DNA from: Okamejei kenojei
Taxonomy: Eukaryota
Length of the DNA stretch: 64,000 nucleotides
Direction of reading: 5' to 3'
Assembly: GCA_035221665.1 (NCBI GenBank)
Contig: CM069163.1
Span: 19,778,001-19,842,000, forward strand
The position numbers were made by a program, and so were the translations under genes. A model generated the notes under the pieces. That model had not been told where the DNA came from. It did no database searches and saw only the letters and a program-made list of their open reading frames with translations. Below are positions 1 through 36,600 of this stretch, piece after piece; positions within the stretch are counted from its first letter, which is position 1, and the number at the start of each line of letters is the position of its first letter.

Positions 1-801
1 TCCATGCACCTAGATTAAAGTCCCCAGAACATCATTATTGTATCTGTTTCCACAACCACCCTTGGCAGCATGTTCCAGGCACCCACCTCCCTCTGTGTAA
101 ATATCGTTCCCCGTATATATTTTTTTAACTTTGCCCCTCAAATATATGCCCTCCAGTTTTGTCATTGTTCAAGGTTTACTTAAAACAATTTACATTATGT
201 TAATACAGCATTTTTAGTCCAACCTTTGCTAAATATTTCCACCACTATCAATCACAGGTCTCCTAGGAATTGTGACGTCAGTGTGGTATGGGTGAAAGGC
301 CCAGGGTTTTTTGGTACAAGAGCATTCTGATTAAAAGCTGCTGAATGCTCATGGCATTGTAGCTTTCTGTTCTTGTGGTTTCACTTCAACTCTGTTACGC
401 AGAGGTAAATGTCCAAGCTACAAATAAACAAGTGCTGCAATCTGAGATTCAAAAGTCAAACATGATTGAATGCTAAGTGAGAAAGAAGGGTCTCGATCTA
501 TCTCCTTCGCTCCTTAGATGCTTACCCGCTGAGTTTCTCCACATTGCTTTTTCCTGTCAGAAGAACAAAAGACACTCATCAGTGTACTATCCGCTTGCAT
601 TTCAGTCAGTGTTATAGCTGACATGTAAAAGTGAAAGATTATTTAATGAGTGATGATATCCACATATAATGGCAATGAATCCTTCCTGTAAATCAAGTAG
701 GGGACCCTGGATTCCTGGTTCTGGTATCCAGAACCATATCTCACAGCCTTTTGTCCCCTTTTCATCTCTGGCCTTTGTCCACCCATCTGCTAATCAACTC
801 T

Positions 802-802
<1 letters not shown>

Positions 803-838
<36 letters not shown>

Positions 839-850
839 ACCCCCCCCCCC
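803..850. repeat. Poly-C tract within a Penelope-type repeat
   Basis: About 47-nt C run; similar G runs at about 47201-47225 and 53138-53155. Confidence 0.9.
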
Positions 851-2408
851 TCTCTTCCATCTTTCTCCACTCTTCCCCCCCCCACTGCAATCCATCTAAA
901 GAAGGATCCTGACCCGAAACATTGCCTTACCATGTTCACCAGAGATGCTACCTGACCCACTAAGTTACTTTGTGCCTTTTGTTCAAAGTTCCAGCATTGC
1001 AGTCCCTTGTGTCTACAGAAATTCTAACCATGTATTCTTGGCATTGAATGACACTTCAACCAACAAGTCCCACCTTCAACATCCTGAGATTCATCATTAA
1101 TCAGACAGTTAACTAAACCGGTCACACAGATATCATAGCTTTAAAGAGAAGGTCAGAGACGAGATATCCTGCAGAGAATGCCTTGCCCCCCCCCCCCTCC
1201 AAGCTTTCCCACTCTGTGCAAGGTGAAGGTGAGGGGTGAGGGGGAATACTATCCACTTGCCCAGATGAGTGCAACCTCAATAACACTTGAAGCCCGAAAC
1301 CATCCAAAGCAAAGCAGACGATTAATTGGGGACACAACGAACCGCAGATGTTGGACACTTGTGCAAACCACAGAGTGCTGGAGAAACTCAGTGGACCAAA
1401 CTGAAACAGGTCCTGACCAGAAACATTATCTGTCTATTCCCTCCACAAATGCTGACTGACCCACTGAGTACCTCCGTTATTTTAGCCCAGTTGATAGATT
1501 TTCTTAAACAAACCACCCAAAACATTCACACATTTTACCCCAACTAGACAGGTGGTGCAGTGACGTACCTGTACTGCTGTGAGACCGCTACTCAAAGCTA
1601 TCACCTCCACCACCAAGAAAAACCAGGACAGCACGTGCAAAATATAATTTATCATCGCTGGGTCTATATAAATGAGTCACTGGCAACTTTTCAATAGCAT
1701 TTAGTGATGTTTCTACTGATCCTAGAACCTGATCATTCAGCTTGAGATCAGTTTATTGTCACATACACCAGGGTGCAATGAAATGTTTTGTTCACGAGGC
1801 TCACAGAGTTAATAGTGTACATGAAGTGATATTAACTACAACAATACATACAATAGCAATTGCAAAACAGCAGAATGGTACAATATAGTTCAATCTGAAC
1901 TAATACAAGTAGAGTTAAGAGTAAGAGCGCAGGGCAACACTTTTGGGAAGACGATATGAAAGAGGTGATTGTTCAGGAGTCTGACAGCAAGTTGTTCTTA
2001 ACATTGCATTTGTTTTTAATATATATCGATTTAGCGGAGATCTCTCTCTATATATATATATATATATATCAATTATCAGACTCTTGTGGCAACATGCATG
2101 AATAAAATGCACTCTGAATACAAAGATAATTTTATCAAAAATGTTTTTAAGTTTAAGAAAGAACATTTCTTTTGAATACCTTATGGCTTCTGAACCCACC
2201 AAGATGTTTCACAGCCAACTGGAGTTCTTTCTAAAAATTAACATTGTAGGTTGTTTTACCTCCCGTCTGAAATACATTCAGAAAAGGAACTGTCCATTCC
2301 AATTGGTTCTGAAATGTCATGTTACCCCTAGAGTGATGCTCAGCACCCCAAGACAATTATGTACCATGCCTGCCCTTACCTGTGGCTTTGCTTTGTTGTT
2401 TTGTTAAG

Positions 2409-24604
<22,196 letters not shown>

Positions 24605-27245
24605 ATGCTGGATCCCTGACAATTTGTAAGACACCACCTTGGTTTTACAAAAATGACAACATACTGTTTATGCACAGAAGATGGTCCTACTGACACCTTG
24701 AAACAAAACTATGCTGATTGAAGTTTTGCATTACCAAATACGACCAGTTTACAAATTGAAATAGATCACCAAGTTTACTCTGATTAGACCTTGAACTACA
24801 ACAGGTTTAATGGAACTATGCCAATTGAGAAGCAGCATTGACTCAGACTAAAGCAACATATGAAGAAAATGTTTACTTGATATATCAAGCATAATTTCAG
24901 GTCCAGATAGTGGACTTATTTTATATATTTTTGTACCATGTAGAATGGGACATGTTGTTTATTTATTTAAACTCAACCTACTTGGGACAAGTGGTACTAT
25001 TTCTATTATTGGAGAGCAGACTATCTTGATACTGTCTCGCAGATAGTATTAGTGACTCAGATGTGTGTACAGGTATGGCATGAACTTTCTTTCCATTGTC
25101 CAGGTGCTGATGTTGCTGTGTCAAATCAATTCAAGGAACCTTTTGGTGCCAAAGGGACAAATGCTTTCAAGATCTTTTTCTACATAAATGTGCTTGGACA
25201 ATTGTTATAGGATAATCGCTGGAGGCATTTGATCTCCGATCCATTTTGCACAGTTAGTCATTTCTCATCGCTGGTTTGAATGGAAAGTGGTGCCTTCAGT
25301 CTGACCCATCGCCAGGCTAAATCATCAATTGCCAACAAGAAATAAGGAACAGTGGACAAATATGTGAAAAATATCAGGAAAAATGTGCAGGCAAGACAGC
25401 ATCAGTCCATATTCATTTGGAACAAATTGCTTGAACAATTTTAATGGAGGTGAGTGTGCAAGGAAACGTGGGCATTTGTATTGCACACTATTGAGATAGT
25501 TGCAGAACATGTATTTATTTTTGTTATCAAATTATGGCATGTCTTTGTCTATCACAAAGAATGGGAAACATACAGGCGGTAGTCTGCGGCTGTACAACGT
25601 TTTGACTGTGTCGACACATTGCTCTTTATGTAGAGGAAGACCCCGAGATACAGAACATTCGAATCAAAAGCAGAATGTACCGTAACTAGAATTCCGGTGC
25701 ACCAACATAACTCTATTTCAAGACTGCAATAAAGTTTAGGTCGAATACTTCAAAATAACTTGCATGGATCTTTCTCACCACATCTAAAGCTGGAGTTTGG
25801 ACAGTTCATGGAAACTACATGAGATGACTGTGGCGATCAACAGGCTTATTTGGGAAAATAGAAGTTAGCATGTACGTCCAGTTACTGAAACATATAGAGC
25901 CTCAAACTCAACAAATTTGTCATTTGTCCCTCTCATGCCTCTGGACTTCAATGCAAGGATGATGTGGTCCATAGTGCCTTGTTTGTGGCATTTATTTGCC
26001 ACCATTCATGGTGTCTGGTTTCACACCCATCTTCCATCAAAGCTCTGGTTCAAATCCCTGTGATACTGCAGATACAAGCCCATCTGCAGGGAAGCTGTGG
26101 AACTCTCAAGCTTCTGAGAAAATTGAAACACATTCAGCATGCTACTTATCTGACCCAGCCAAGGGAAGGATACTTAACAGTGTACCAAAGTGCACCTTGC
26201 AAGCAAGCTACGCGCACCCATGGCACTGCATCGACTGTAAGCTTCTAGCTGTTTAGTATTGCTGCACCTGTCGTACATGGAAATAGCAACAAATCTGAAC
26301 ATAAAGTACTTTCAAAATGAGCAAAGAGCTCTTGCTAGGGCTGCTGAGACCAGAAAACAGTTCTTGTGTGATCTGTTTGGTAATTGTATGAGTCCACTTG
26401 AACAATAACGCTTTTGCATTTTGTTACATCTGCAAAATACCCAAACCACTAAAAATAAACTCCACCTGATGCAGAGCAAGAGCCTTGGCATAACTAATGA
26501 TTCATTCAAGGATTCATTCAAGAACACTGCCAAATTCAAACTTAGCATTGAATGCATAAATGGTGATAAGTACAAAATAACTTAAGTCACCAAATTTTAA
26601 AACCTGCATGCGTTTAGTATTTGGGTTTTGGCAATAACTCACTAAGAATGATTTTTCTCCCACAATTAAACAGTGGGAGGCCATTAATGATACCCTCATT
26701 CTGATTTAGTGTCAACTTATTCCGCCACCCCACTTCATCTCCCCCCCCCCGGGGCCCCTCACCCTCCCATGCTTGGCCTCTCTGCTGAATGAATATGTTG
26801 CAATACTACAGATGCAATGCCTTGATGTTCTTACATGAATTACACTCAATCTGATCAGATTTCTGCAGATTGTTTGGTTTACAACTGGAGTAACAACATA
26901 TCATTTTGGGGGAGAGACGAATTAAAAATTATTTTTAACAGCATCTATTTTGTGCAATGCCATTCTTTAAAACAGAACTATCATTACATATTATATCATG
27001 AAAGTGTGTCTTTTTCATCACGTATTTTAAAGAGAGCATTGAATTTGATACCTGTTGCCTGTGATCTTCCAGTGCACCCATTTTTCCAATTGCAAACAAC
27101 ATATTAAAGGATCGTTTTTACTTTTTTCTTGTACCTCTCAACTGTAATATATTGCTTTGAAAGAAAAGTGTCATAATTTTATACTGTTAAATGAAGTGTC
27201 CATGAATGTTAAAATCAGAAATAAATTGCTGCATGCAGCCGATGA
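24605..27245 (+). other. KCNT1: Probable KCNT1 3' UTR; candidate poly(A) signals AATAAA at 25728-25733 and 27220-27225
   Basis: AT-rich stretch after the stop codon with no recognisable interspersed repeats; repeats resume after about 27,300. Confidence 0.55.
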
Positions 27246-27705
27246 TTGACTTTCAGTAGAAATTGTTACGCTCATGTACTCTGTGATCTTCATGGCAAAA
27301 CCAAGATCGTGATGTGTGACAAATCCAAAAGGTAAACGGAAAAGTCACAGCAAACCTGATAGCAACTGTGGTGATGGAGATGAAGGTAACATTTAATATC
27401 ACAAAGTCATAGGAGTAGAGTTAGGCCATTCGGCCCATCGAGTCCACTGCCATTTAATCAATGCAATGTCGGGTGATGCTTCATTCAGACCGCTGATGAT
27501 AGTTGGATCGTGCCCTTGGATCGTGGGCTAAAATGATTGGCTTCAACTACAAACAGGTACATGTTTTTGCTTTCGATACGACTCCAGCTGGAGGGGAGTA
27601 TTTTGCTTCTGATTCTTCCGCTGCAGTTATCACAGGGATTCTTGAAGCCACACGGTCAGGCGTTTGAACGGTTTAGTTAAACTGGTCGCACCAAAGCTAT
27701 AACAA

Positions 27706-27886
27706 GAAGATAGACACAAGAAGCTGGAGTAACTCAGCGGGACGGGCAGCATCTTTGGAGAGAAGGTATGGGTGACATTTCTCTCACCCATTCCTTCTTT
27801 CCAGAGATGCTGCCTGTCCCGCAGAGTTACTCCAGTTTCTTGTGTCTATCTTCGGTTTAAACCAGCATCTGCAGTTTCTTCTTACA
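27706..27886. mobile_element. Inverted pair of Penelope terminal repeats
   Basis: gatagacacaagaagctggagtaactc...gagttactccagtttcttgtgtctatc. Confidence 0.7.
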
Positions 27887-29051
27887 CAAAGTGATGAATC
27901 AGTGATTCATAACCTGTTGGTGATTGTAAGTAAGTGCTGCTTGCTTATGCAAAGGATTACACCTTCCAGCATTTAGCTGAGGATTTGGAGTAAACTGATG
28001 ATGGTAATTGGCTCCATTGGCTATGTTTTGTCAGTTTTTCACACTGATTTGCTTCTTCAGCAAGACTTGCACTCCCCAGCTTCAGTGAGATGGGGATATT
28101 CAATGAACCTTCTCTTGCAACTCATTTAAAAAGCCGCATCCGTTACTGGATATGTCAGGAATGCAATTTTTTTAATGCAATGTATTGGATTATGGAATCA
28201 TTTGCTCTGCGTAAAGCCTGATGCTTTTGCTGTCTTGTAATATCATCATGATTGGCATCTCATTGATCAGAACATTTGGTTCAGACCAAATTCTCCTCTT
28301 CTACACTTTGTAGACCAGGGTTGGCACGCACCTTGACGACAATGTTAGAAATATGCCAGGACGGGACTGTGCTGGACTGCTATTTCTGACGATAACCTCA
28401 CAAATGACCAGCTGTATTATTAATATATTCTGTTTTACAGTTTTGTAATGTCTAGAATACAGTGAAAGTCATAAGGAAGGTGGATGTTATCTCACAGCCC
28501 CCACACCTCTCGGGGTCAAATGTGTCAGTGATAGATGAGTGGATCTGCCCATGTTGGTTCTCTCACCGTCTGCTACAGCCCAGTCTAACAATGTCCAGAG
28601 TCAGTCCACCAACCCCATCATGCTATCATCCTATGGTTGTTGTTAGAATTGCTCATCCAAAGTACATCCAGTGGTTCATCCACTTGGTATTTCTCACAGA
28701 GTCCACAGCTGAGGCTATACAGGAAATGTCATTGGAAGGTGTAATTTACCACGGGTCAGAAATTGTTATGGAGGAATTATACAACTGTACATTAGTGTGT
28801 AACCATCTTCAGCAGGTTTGTCCAATTGTTGGTGATGGAGGTTGAAAATATAATTCTGCGAGAATGTCAGCTGTTACTTGATACATTTGTGAAATTGCTT
28901 AGTTGATTACATGTTTGTACAGATGCAAACCTTGGGTAAGTCTCGTTGCACAGGGAAGAATGTATTTAGTCTTTAAGTTCATAATCAAGCAATAACATTT
29001 ATAAAACTTGTAAATAATTTGACGGCTGACTGAAGAAAATTAACTTGACTT

Positions 29052-30643
29052 TTAATCAAAATCCAATGTTTTCCTCAGATTATGAAAGACGTCAATAACT
29101 GTGAGCTCGTCGTCGGCTAAACGCTCTCCCCAGGTGGGTGGGTTAAGCTTAACAAAGTGCTTGGGTAAATGGATATCCTTCCAGGTTCTGACCACAGTAA
29201 CTCCCTCATCCTTGGTTTGTATCTGATCAGGACTTGGACTTCCATGGCTCTTTTCAGAGTGAATATTTGCCACCCTATTCAAGTCAACTCCTTCAGGTAC
29301 AGTTAGATTCCATTTCCCAAACCCAGTTCCAAATTCTCCCTTATAGAACCAGCGACTGTAAAATGGACTAAAGTGTGTCGATTTGAGTGCAGGATCAGAA
29401 GATTCAAATTGCTGTAGGTTTTTATTTTTGACTGAGAGTGGAATCAAAATATTTTGCAGTTTAAGCTTATCCCTGCTCTCCCCGTCACTGGGAATTGGCG
29501 AGTTTTGTGATGCTTTATTCTGCATTTTCTCTTCAGCAGCTGGAAACTGCACCTCATCCATCAATTTAAAAACTGATTTGTACATTTTCTTGGAATAGTT
29601 TGTATTACCAAAATGCCTTTTGTGTAGATTGGAATCTCTCCTTTCTTCTGCATTCCTATACATTAATTTCTCTGAATGTGTTGGGCATTGGATGTGTCCC
29701 GGTGGATCCAAGTCCGATTTCACATTTGTTGAGGCTTTAGTTCTGGCAAAAGTATTTTGGAAACATGGCTCAGATCCCTTGGTCCATTCCTCCACATCCA
29801 GATTAGTTCCTTGGTCTATTATCCTGGTACTTGTTTGCATGGGTTCACCAGTCTTTGAAGATAACTTCTGAGAGAGGTTTGTCCCAGGCGGTTCTGAAAC
29901 TGGAGCTGAATCAAGTGTGGTGGTACTTTGTTTCCAATTCTCTTGACTCTGCACACTCCACGCGCAAGGCCAGCTAAATGATGCAGTTGCTGACCCAGCT
30001 TGGCTCACTTTATCCTCAGCAATTGTGTTGATTGTTAAAGTTACACCATTGTTAGGTCCAGCAAAACTACCCACTAATGAAATGGGCGCTTTAGGGGGGG
30101 TGCTATCTAACCCCAGTGTGTTTCCATCAGACTCTTTGCCAATAGGCATCTCTATTTCATTTAGCTTGTGTTCATCGTGAGCAAATATTAAAATGGGTGC
30201 GGGTGTCACGTCCGTTCTGGTTATAAATGATGTGTTGTTTTCCACTTTTACTGCATCAGAGACATTGAACTCGGAGTCAGGTACTAACTTGGATCTTTTT
30301 GTAAATTGAGAGCTTTCACTGTGATGCCTACTGCCTTGCTGCAAGTTGTGCTTTTGAGAGGTATTCAATATTGGTTCTTCACACTGATGGCTTTGGGGTA
30401 ATGTCTGCTGATACTCAGGCAGTTCAACCCCAACTCTTCCTTCCGTCTCAAGTTGTGGGGTATCATTTACTTTATGTTCATTAGAGGACTTGGACCCTTG
30501 CAAGGCAGTTTTCTCTTCCTGTGACCGGATAGCTTTGCATGGAGTATCTTCCTGTGTTTTTTCTTGAGGTTTGCATTGGCCTTTCTTTGTTAACTTCAGG
30601 TTGTGAAGTGAATTGCTGGTGGCTGAGTGGATGGGCATTTTCT
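29052..30643 (-). CDS. LRR gene B last exon (long Ser/Thr/Glu/Lys-rich cytoplasmic tail)
   Basis: ttttccacag|AG AAA ATG; uninterrupted 528-aa ORF ending NLRKTLDFD*. Confidence 0.82.
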
Positions 30644-33600
30644 CTGTGGAAAATTAAAAATAAGGCATTAGCTGTTTTCGGTGTTGTAGGTTAATATAAA
30701 GTGCAGACTCTCCATCAGTAATGCCCTCACCATGCTACTATAGACAAGTTAAATATAAATGCATCAATTGGTGTGACCTGATTTGGTTCTCATAGGACAG
30801 TTGCTATCTGGCCCAGGACAATATAAAGCCTAGAACAAACAGTGCAGCACAAGAAAAGGCCCTTCTTTCATGCACAATGTCTATGCTGAACATGATGCCA
30901 AGTTAAACTAATCTCCTCTGCCTGCACCCGATCCATTCCCTGTATATATATATCCATGTACTTATCTAAAAACCTTTTAAATACTATTTTATCTGCTTCC
31001 ACCATTGTGTAAAAATGCTTTGTCCCACACATCTCTTTTAAACTTAGTCCGCTCACCTTATACCTATGCACATTTCAACTCTGAGAGAAAGGTTCTGACT
31101 GTCTACCCCTATTTATGCCTCACATAATTTATATACTTGTATCAGGTCTTCCCTCAACCTCAGAAGCTCCAGAGAAAACAATCCAAGTTTGTCAGAATTC
31201 TCTTTATAATCGATACCCTGTAATCCAAGCAGCATTCTGGTACATGTCCTCTACACCTTCTCTAAAGCCCCCATATCTTTCCCGTAATGGGCCAACCTGA
31301 AGTGAACACAATACTCCAACTGTGGCCTAGCCCAAGCCCTATAAAGCTGCAACAGGACTTCTTGATGCAATGTCCCAACTGTTGAAGACAAATATACCAT
31401 ATAGGCTTCTTGTTTGTCATCTTGGGTTTGATGTTATTGCAAACATTTTGCACACATACAAAGTCCAGCTATTCCCAACAGCAACCGCTCCGACACATCT
31501 CTTGCAAAACTGATGATTGAATGCGGTCATCAAAATCCACCTGCAAATTTAACTGCCCTACATCTTAGAAAATGGCCAACCAAATAAAAAATGAATCTAT
31601 TACCTCTTTCAGTATTTCCCCAGCTTCTTCCTTTTCCTTCATTCATGATCATACTGCTAACAATGACTGTCCTTTCATTCTGTATGTGTACAACATTAGC
31701 TGCTTGAAGTAAACTGGGTAACGTTTTACAGGATCGTAGTCCCTTGTTCTTCTCTGCATTGTTTTCCCTGATCTCTCTTTCCATGGCCGTCCATGACTCT
31801 GTGGGGGTCTTTAATGGTTCTTCCCCGTGATCCACTTGGTTACCCTTAACGTTTTCTGCCTCATTGATCATCTGATGGGCAGCAATCACAGAGAGATTGG
31901 CTATCAGGTCACTGGCATCCAATTCCACTGAAGCTTCACTTGATCTTTTTGTTTGTAATTTTCCCTTTGCCTCATTGCTGTCCGTCTTGCGACTCTTCAG
32001 GTTTTGCGATCTCCTCCCCAGCCAGGTAACCAGCCAGATAACTCCGACCAGTAAACATCCCCCTAGGATGCAAAGATCACAGAATCCTGGATTATTGTGC
32101 AATAAAAGAAACAATGCCACAGCTGCAAAATGAAGTGTAGACAATACTTTATCGCTCACAGTTTTCCCAAGTGTAACCGAGTCATATCCTTTCAAGGCAG
32201 TTCCAATTTATGTCAAATATCTCTCAAGGCAGGCTTATCCTGCTTGTGCACATTGGGCGTCAATGTTTAGGAGCTCTTGTCTCCTTGCTGGCAAACCAGA
32301 AGGACACTTTGAATATTTAAACCACTGTAAAATATAACAGAGTATCATGGCATTTTAGTAAGAGAATGAATACGAGAAAAATTAAATACTGTATTATCTC
32401 CTTGTGGAAAAAATTGTTTTGAACCTCATTATAATGACAAGAAACAGCCCAACTGTGGGGAGCTGACTTCCTATATTTCAATTGTACTTAAGGATTGGGT
32501 CTATGAAATAATCAAATAGACAAAAATTGTTAGAGGCTGAAAATGTGGGATTAGGTGCTCTTGACAGAGTTAACCAGCACAGAAACTATCTCTACGATAC
32601 ACTGTGGCACCCAGGTTGAGTCTGCAGCCTTGTGTAGTTGCTGATGAAAGGGCATGACTGTGTATCATCAGTAACTGTCAGTCCATGGTGTTTGCTCAGG
32701 CCTGTGGGAACAGCAAGGCGCAAGCACTGATAAGATCTGAACGGAACCTTCTGAACTATTAATTTGAAGGAGGCCAAAGCAATCTTGTTCAAATTCTCAC
32801 CACAGGGACGTTAAATAGCACCTACAATGTCTGAGGCAGCAATCGTAAGAGAGGCTGGCAGGCCAAGAAGATAAGATCCAATTGGAAAGATTAGGATCGA
32901 GATCAGTGATGGAAGAATGTAATTATCAAAATTCACCTGCAAACATGACTCCCTTGTAAATCAGAATATGGCTGACCAAATTGAGAATCAATCCATCACT
33001 TCTCTCAGTATCTCCTCTGCAGTCCGGTCCAATTTGATACATAAACAAATCATTGTGTCATGTTGCAACCACTTCAAATTTGGTCCCCGTTCTATACTTG
33101 ACTTCAGCAGTCTTTTACCTTCTGGACTATGAAATATTTAAATAGACCAAGTACATTCACCTATTAACAAATATAGGCTAAACTTTGAAGGGCTGTTGAC
33201 CAGACCAGGACAATTGTATAAAATTCATAGAATTCCCAGATTATTAACTGTCTCCCCCACCTCCATAGATAAACAAGTCCCATTGTTGAATTATTAACTT
33301 ATTTTAATTTACAATTGTTTAAAAAATATTGTATAAACTATGCCATTGACTGTTTTTTAAAAACAGTAGTTTAACATGCAAATAATCCGTTAGTGCTACA
33401 TAGACTTCCAGCTCACATAGTGTTGCTTTTGGTCCACAGACATTTGAACCCAATTTGAAAGGGTTTAAAAACAAAGACCACTTTGAATATTTGCCTCTGG
33501 AAGGACATTCGTCATTAACAATTCCAGCCATGTTGCTTACTAATAATTATCTTTATTTCCTTACAGTCATTGGCCAAAAACTACTCAAAATTCCTGGGAT

Positions 33601-36600
33601 CATATAACTTACAGTGGCCAGTGCATCTACCATCTTTGGGATGTTATATTTGAGATTGTAAAAAAGTAATATATCCTCACCAATGAATCCATAAACCACA
33701 GCTTGAGCACCTAGGGCAGGAGCGACGTGTGAGGCTGTAGTTATTGGCACTGGGGTTGTGGTTGAGGCATGCAGTGGAATGCAGATCCAGGATGAGTTTT
33801 CCTTTCAGTGGCGACGGGTTCCCACACACGAGACTACCTGCATCCTCCACAGCCTTTCGCCGTGATTCCAGCAACATTATCAACTGGCAGCTGCACTCCC
33901 AGGGATTGCAATGCAACTGCATCTTCTGCACAGGCTCGGGGACAGCAGCCAATGTCATAAGCTGGTTGCCATACAGATTCAGCTTCGTCAGCTTGTGAAA
34001 GGGTTCAAAGGCATCACTGGCAATGAAAACAAGCTTGTTGTTAGACAAATCCAGCTCATAGAGGGCTCCCAGGCCGCAGAATGTGTCTGTGGATATGTAT
34101 TGGATGAGGTTCCTAGATGCATTAAGTATTTTCAGCAGCCTCAGTGTTGCAAATATGCGTGGCGGGAGATAGGAGATCTTATTTGATTGCACATTTAATG
34201 TGTGAAGCGAGGCCAAGTCTGAAAACCAGGGTGCCTTCAGCACATCCAGATCATTTTGGAACAGGTTGAGTACGGTCAGATTTGACAAGCCCATGAAGGC
34301 TGAGCTTTCCACGTTGCAACTAGAGAGATTGTTTGTGGTGAGTTCCAGCAGCTGCAGGCTGCTCTGTCCACCCACTGACCCGTAGAAGGCGTAGCTGGAA
34401 AGCGAGAGCCTGAACTCAGTGATGGACATGTAGTGCAGGTTGGAGAAGTTCTGCAAAGCTCTTGGTTCAATCCTTGCGACTTGTGACAATCCTTGCCCCT
34501 GGAGCAAGATTGTTTGCATAGACTTTGGTAAATCTGTAAGCACTTACACAAAGAGACAAGAGGATAAATTAATACCAATTTTCAGGAGCCATTCAGTTCC
34601 ACTGCTCCCCGCTGACATTTCATCTCCTCCCACCCGACAGGTATCAGCATGACTGTCTAAACTGCTGGTTCCTAACCTCTGACCGTGGACCACAATTGGG
34701 CAGTGAAGGATCGACACTGGGTCACGCAGGGATTCAAAATTGTTGAAAATTATAGCAAAGGTTGATGGAAAAGTCCAGCAAAAGACATGAAACTGGTTTG
34801 TCACACAGCTTTGCTGCTCTTGTGCATGTTTTAGCACACAAGCAGGAGAATTCAAGGTTGTTGCAATATTCATTGCGAGTCTGTGAGTGAATCCTTCCAG
34901 GTTTTTCTAAGCCCATGGACAGTATTCTTCCCCTCTTCATCCTTTAATTTTGGTTTCAATTTTTTTTTAAACTTAATGATTTAATTTTGTGATTGACAAG
35001 GTTGCAAACTCAAATCATTTGGACAGAATTATCGATTCATTTAATCACACCATCTTAAAATACCAGCCAAATTCTGCTCAAAGATGATAAAGGGCAGGAG
35101 CCACTGGTCTGAACCATTCTCCCTCTTACGCTTACCCAAGGAACCTACCTATGCCTCCAACTCCTGTTGAAATCCCCACTTACCTGGTTGCAGTGAGGGC
35201 AGAGACTTACAATTGGCCACACCTTCAGCACAGGTGCAGAGGCTGGGACAGCGCTGAGCAGCAGCAGACAGTAACACTGCAACGAGACACAGGAACACTA
35301 AAATATCTGTTGAGAGACACAAAAGGGATGTGGGAGTCTAGTGTCGATGTGTAATCCACCATTTAATTAGATCTTGGCTAACCTTCACTTATTTCACCCA
35401 CCACAGTTACAAAGATATGTATTTTGCCAAACCAAGGTGTATCACATAATTTCCTATCTACAGCCTATTGGGGGAGGGGGGGGGGGGGGAGAGGGGGAAA
35501 TTGCCAATTTCCACAGATTTTGTCCAAGGAAATAAGCTTCCTGATAGCATCCCTGTATTTAAGATTATGCCTCCTTATTCTGAAAATTTACAGTAACAAG
35601 TTTAATGAGGTCATAACTTTAATTACATGTACTTAAGAATAGTAGACAATGTTCAATATTAATGGCTGATCTGATCCAAATTCCTGCCCAACTCATCTAA
35701 CCCAGTTTCTAAAGTGTACAATTGCAACACAATAACACAATGTTATGCTCAATGGCACAACAGGTAAATTCCACTTTTTCCTACCCCATCTACGTGTGTT
35801 ACCATTTCAGGGAGCTATGTACTTGGACAAACTCTGCACATCAACATTGCCAAGATTCCTGCATTTACTTTACATGCCCTGCCAGAAAGTGACTTGCCCA
35901 AAATGCTACACCACACATTGACCTGGTTCCATCTGCCACGGCTCTGCCTATCTTTCCAGCTGACCCATATCCCATTTTCTTCACTACCTAGAACTGCACC
36001 AATTTTAATGTTGTCAGCAAACTCGCTAATTATATCCCCTATATTCTCATCCAACTCGTTTATATACATACACATTCAATACAACATAGATCGCAATGCC
36101 AATCCCTGCGCTACACCACTTGTGAGATCTCCAGTCACATAAACATCTATCCACTTCTGCCTCGTATCACACAGCCAATTGGGATTGAGATACGAGGAGT
36201 TGCACATGCTGGTATACAAAAAAAGCACAAAGTGCTGGAGTAACTTAGCAGGTCATTTAGAATCTCCGGAGAACAGGGATAGACACTGTTTTGGACCTTT
36301 CTTCACACTGATTGTGGTGGCGGGGGGGGTAAGAAAACAAGAAGAGAAGGGCGGCAGGACAAAGCCCGGCCCGTGATTGGTGGATACAGGTGTAGGGAGT
36401 GGGGGTTGATATGTAGATATTTGTACAAAGGCCAGAGATAAAAAGACAACAAGTGAGAAGAATAGAAGGGGTGAAAATTGGAAAGCTGGAGGGAGGAATA
36501 TAAGTGGAAGGGAAGTAAAGGGTGCAAGTCCAGGTGGGGCACAGAGAAGAGAAGGTGGGCTGTTCATAGGTTAGTTAGATTCAATGTTCAATGTTTCTGG

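Noticed and set aside
669-899. Poly-proline ORF
   Set aside because: Translation of a poly-C tract within a Penelope-type repeat.
28462-28845. 127-aa plus-strand ORF
   Set aside because: No recognisable domain or convincing splice context; probably a decayed repeat.
34544-34873. Minus-strand ORF with [10 protein letters not shown] resembling an LRR N-cap
   Set aside because: No suitable donor site; the canonical LRRNT exon is at 35184-35306.
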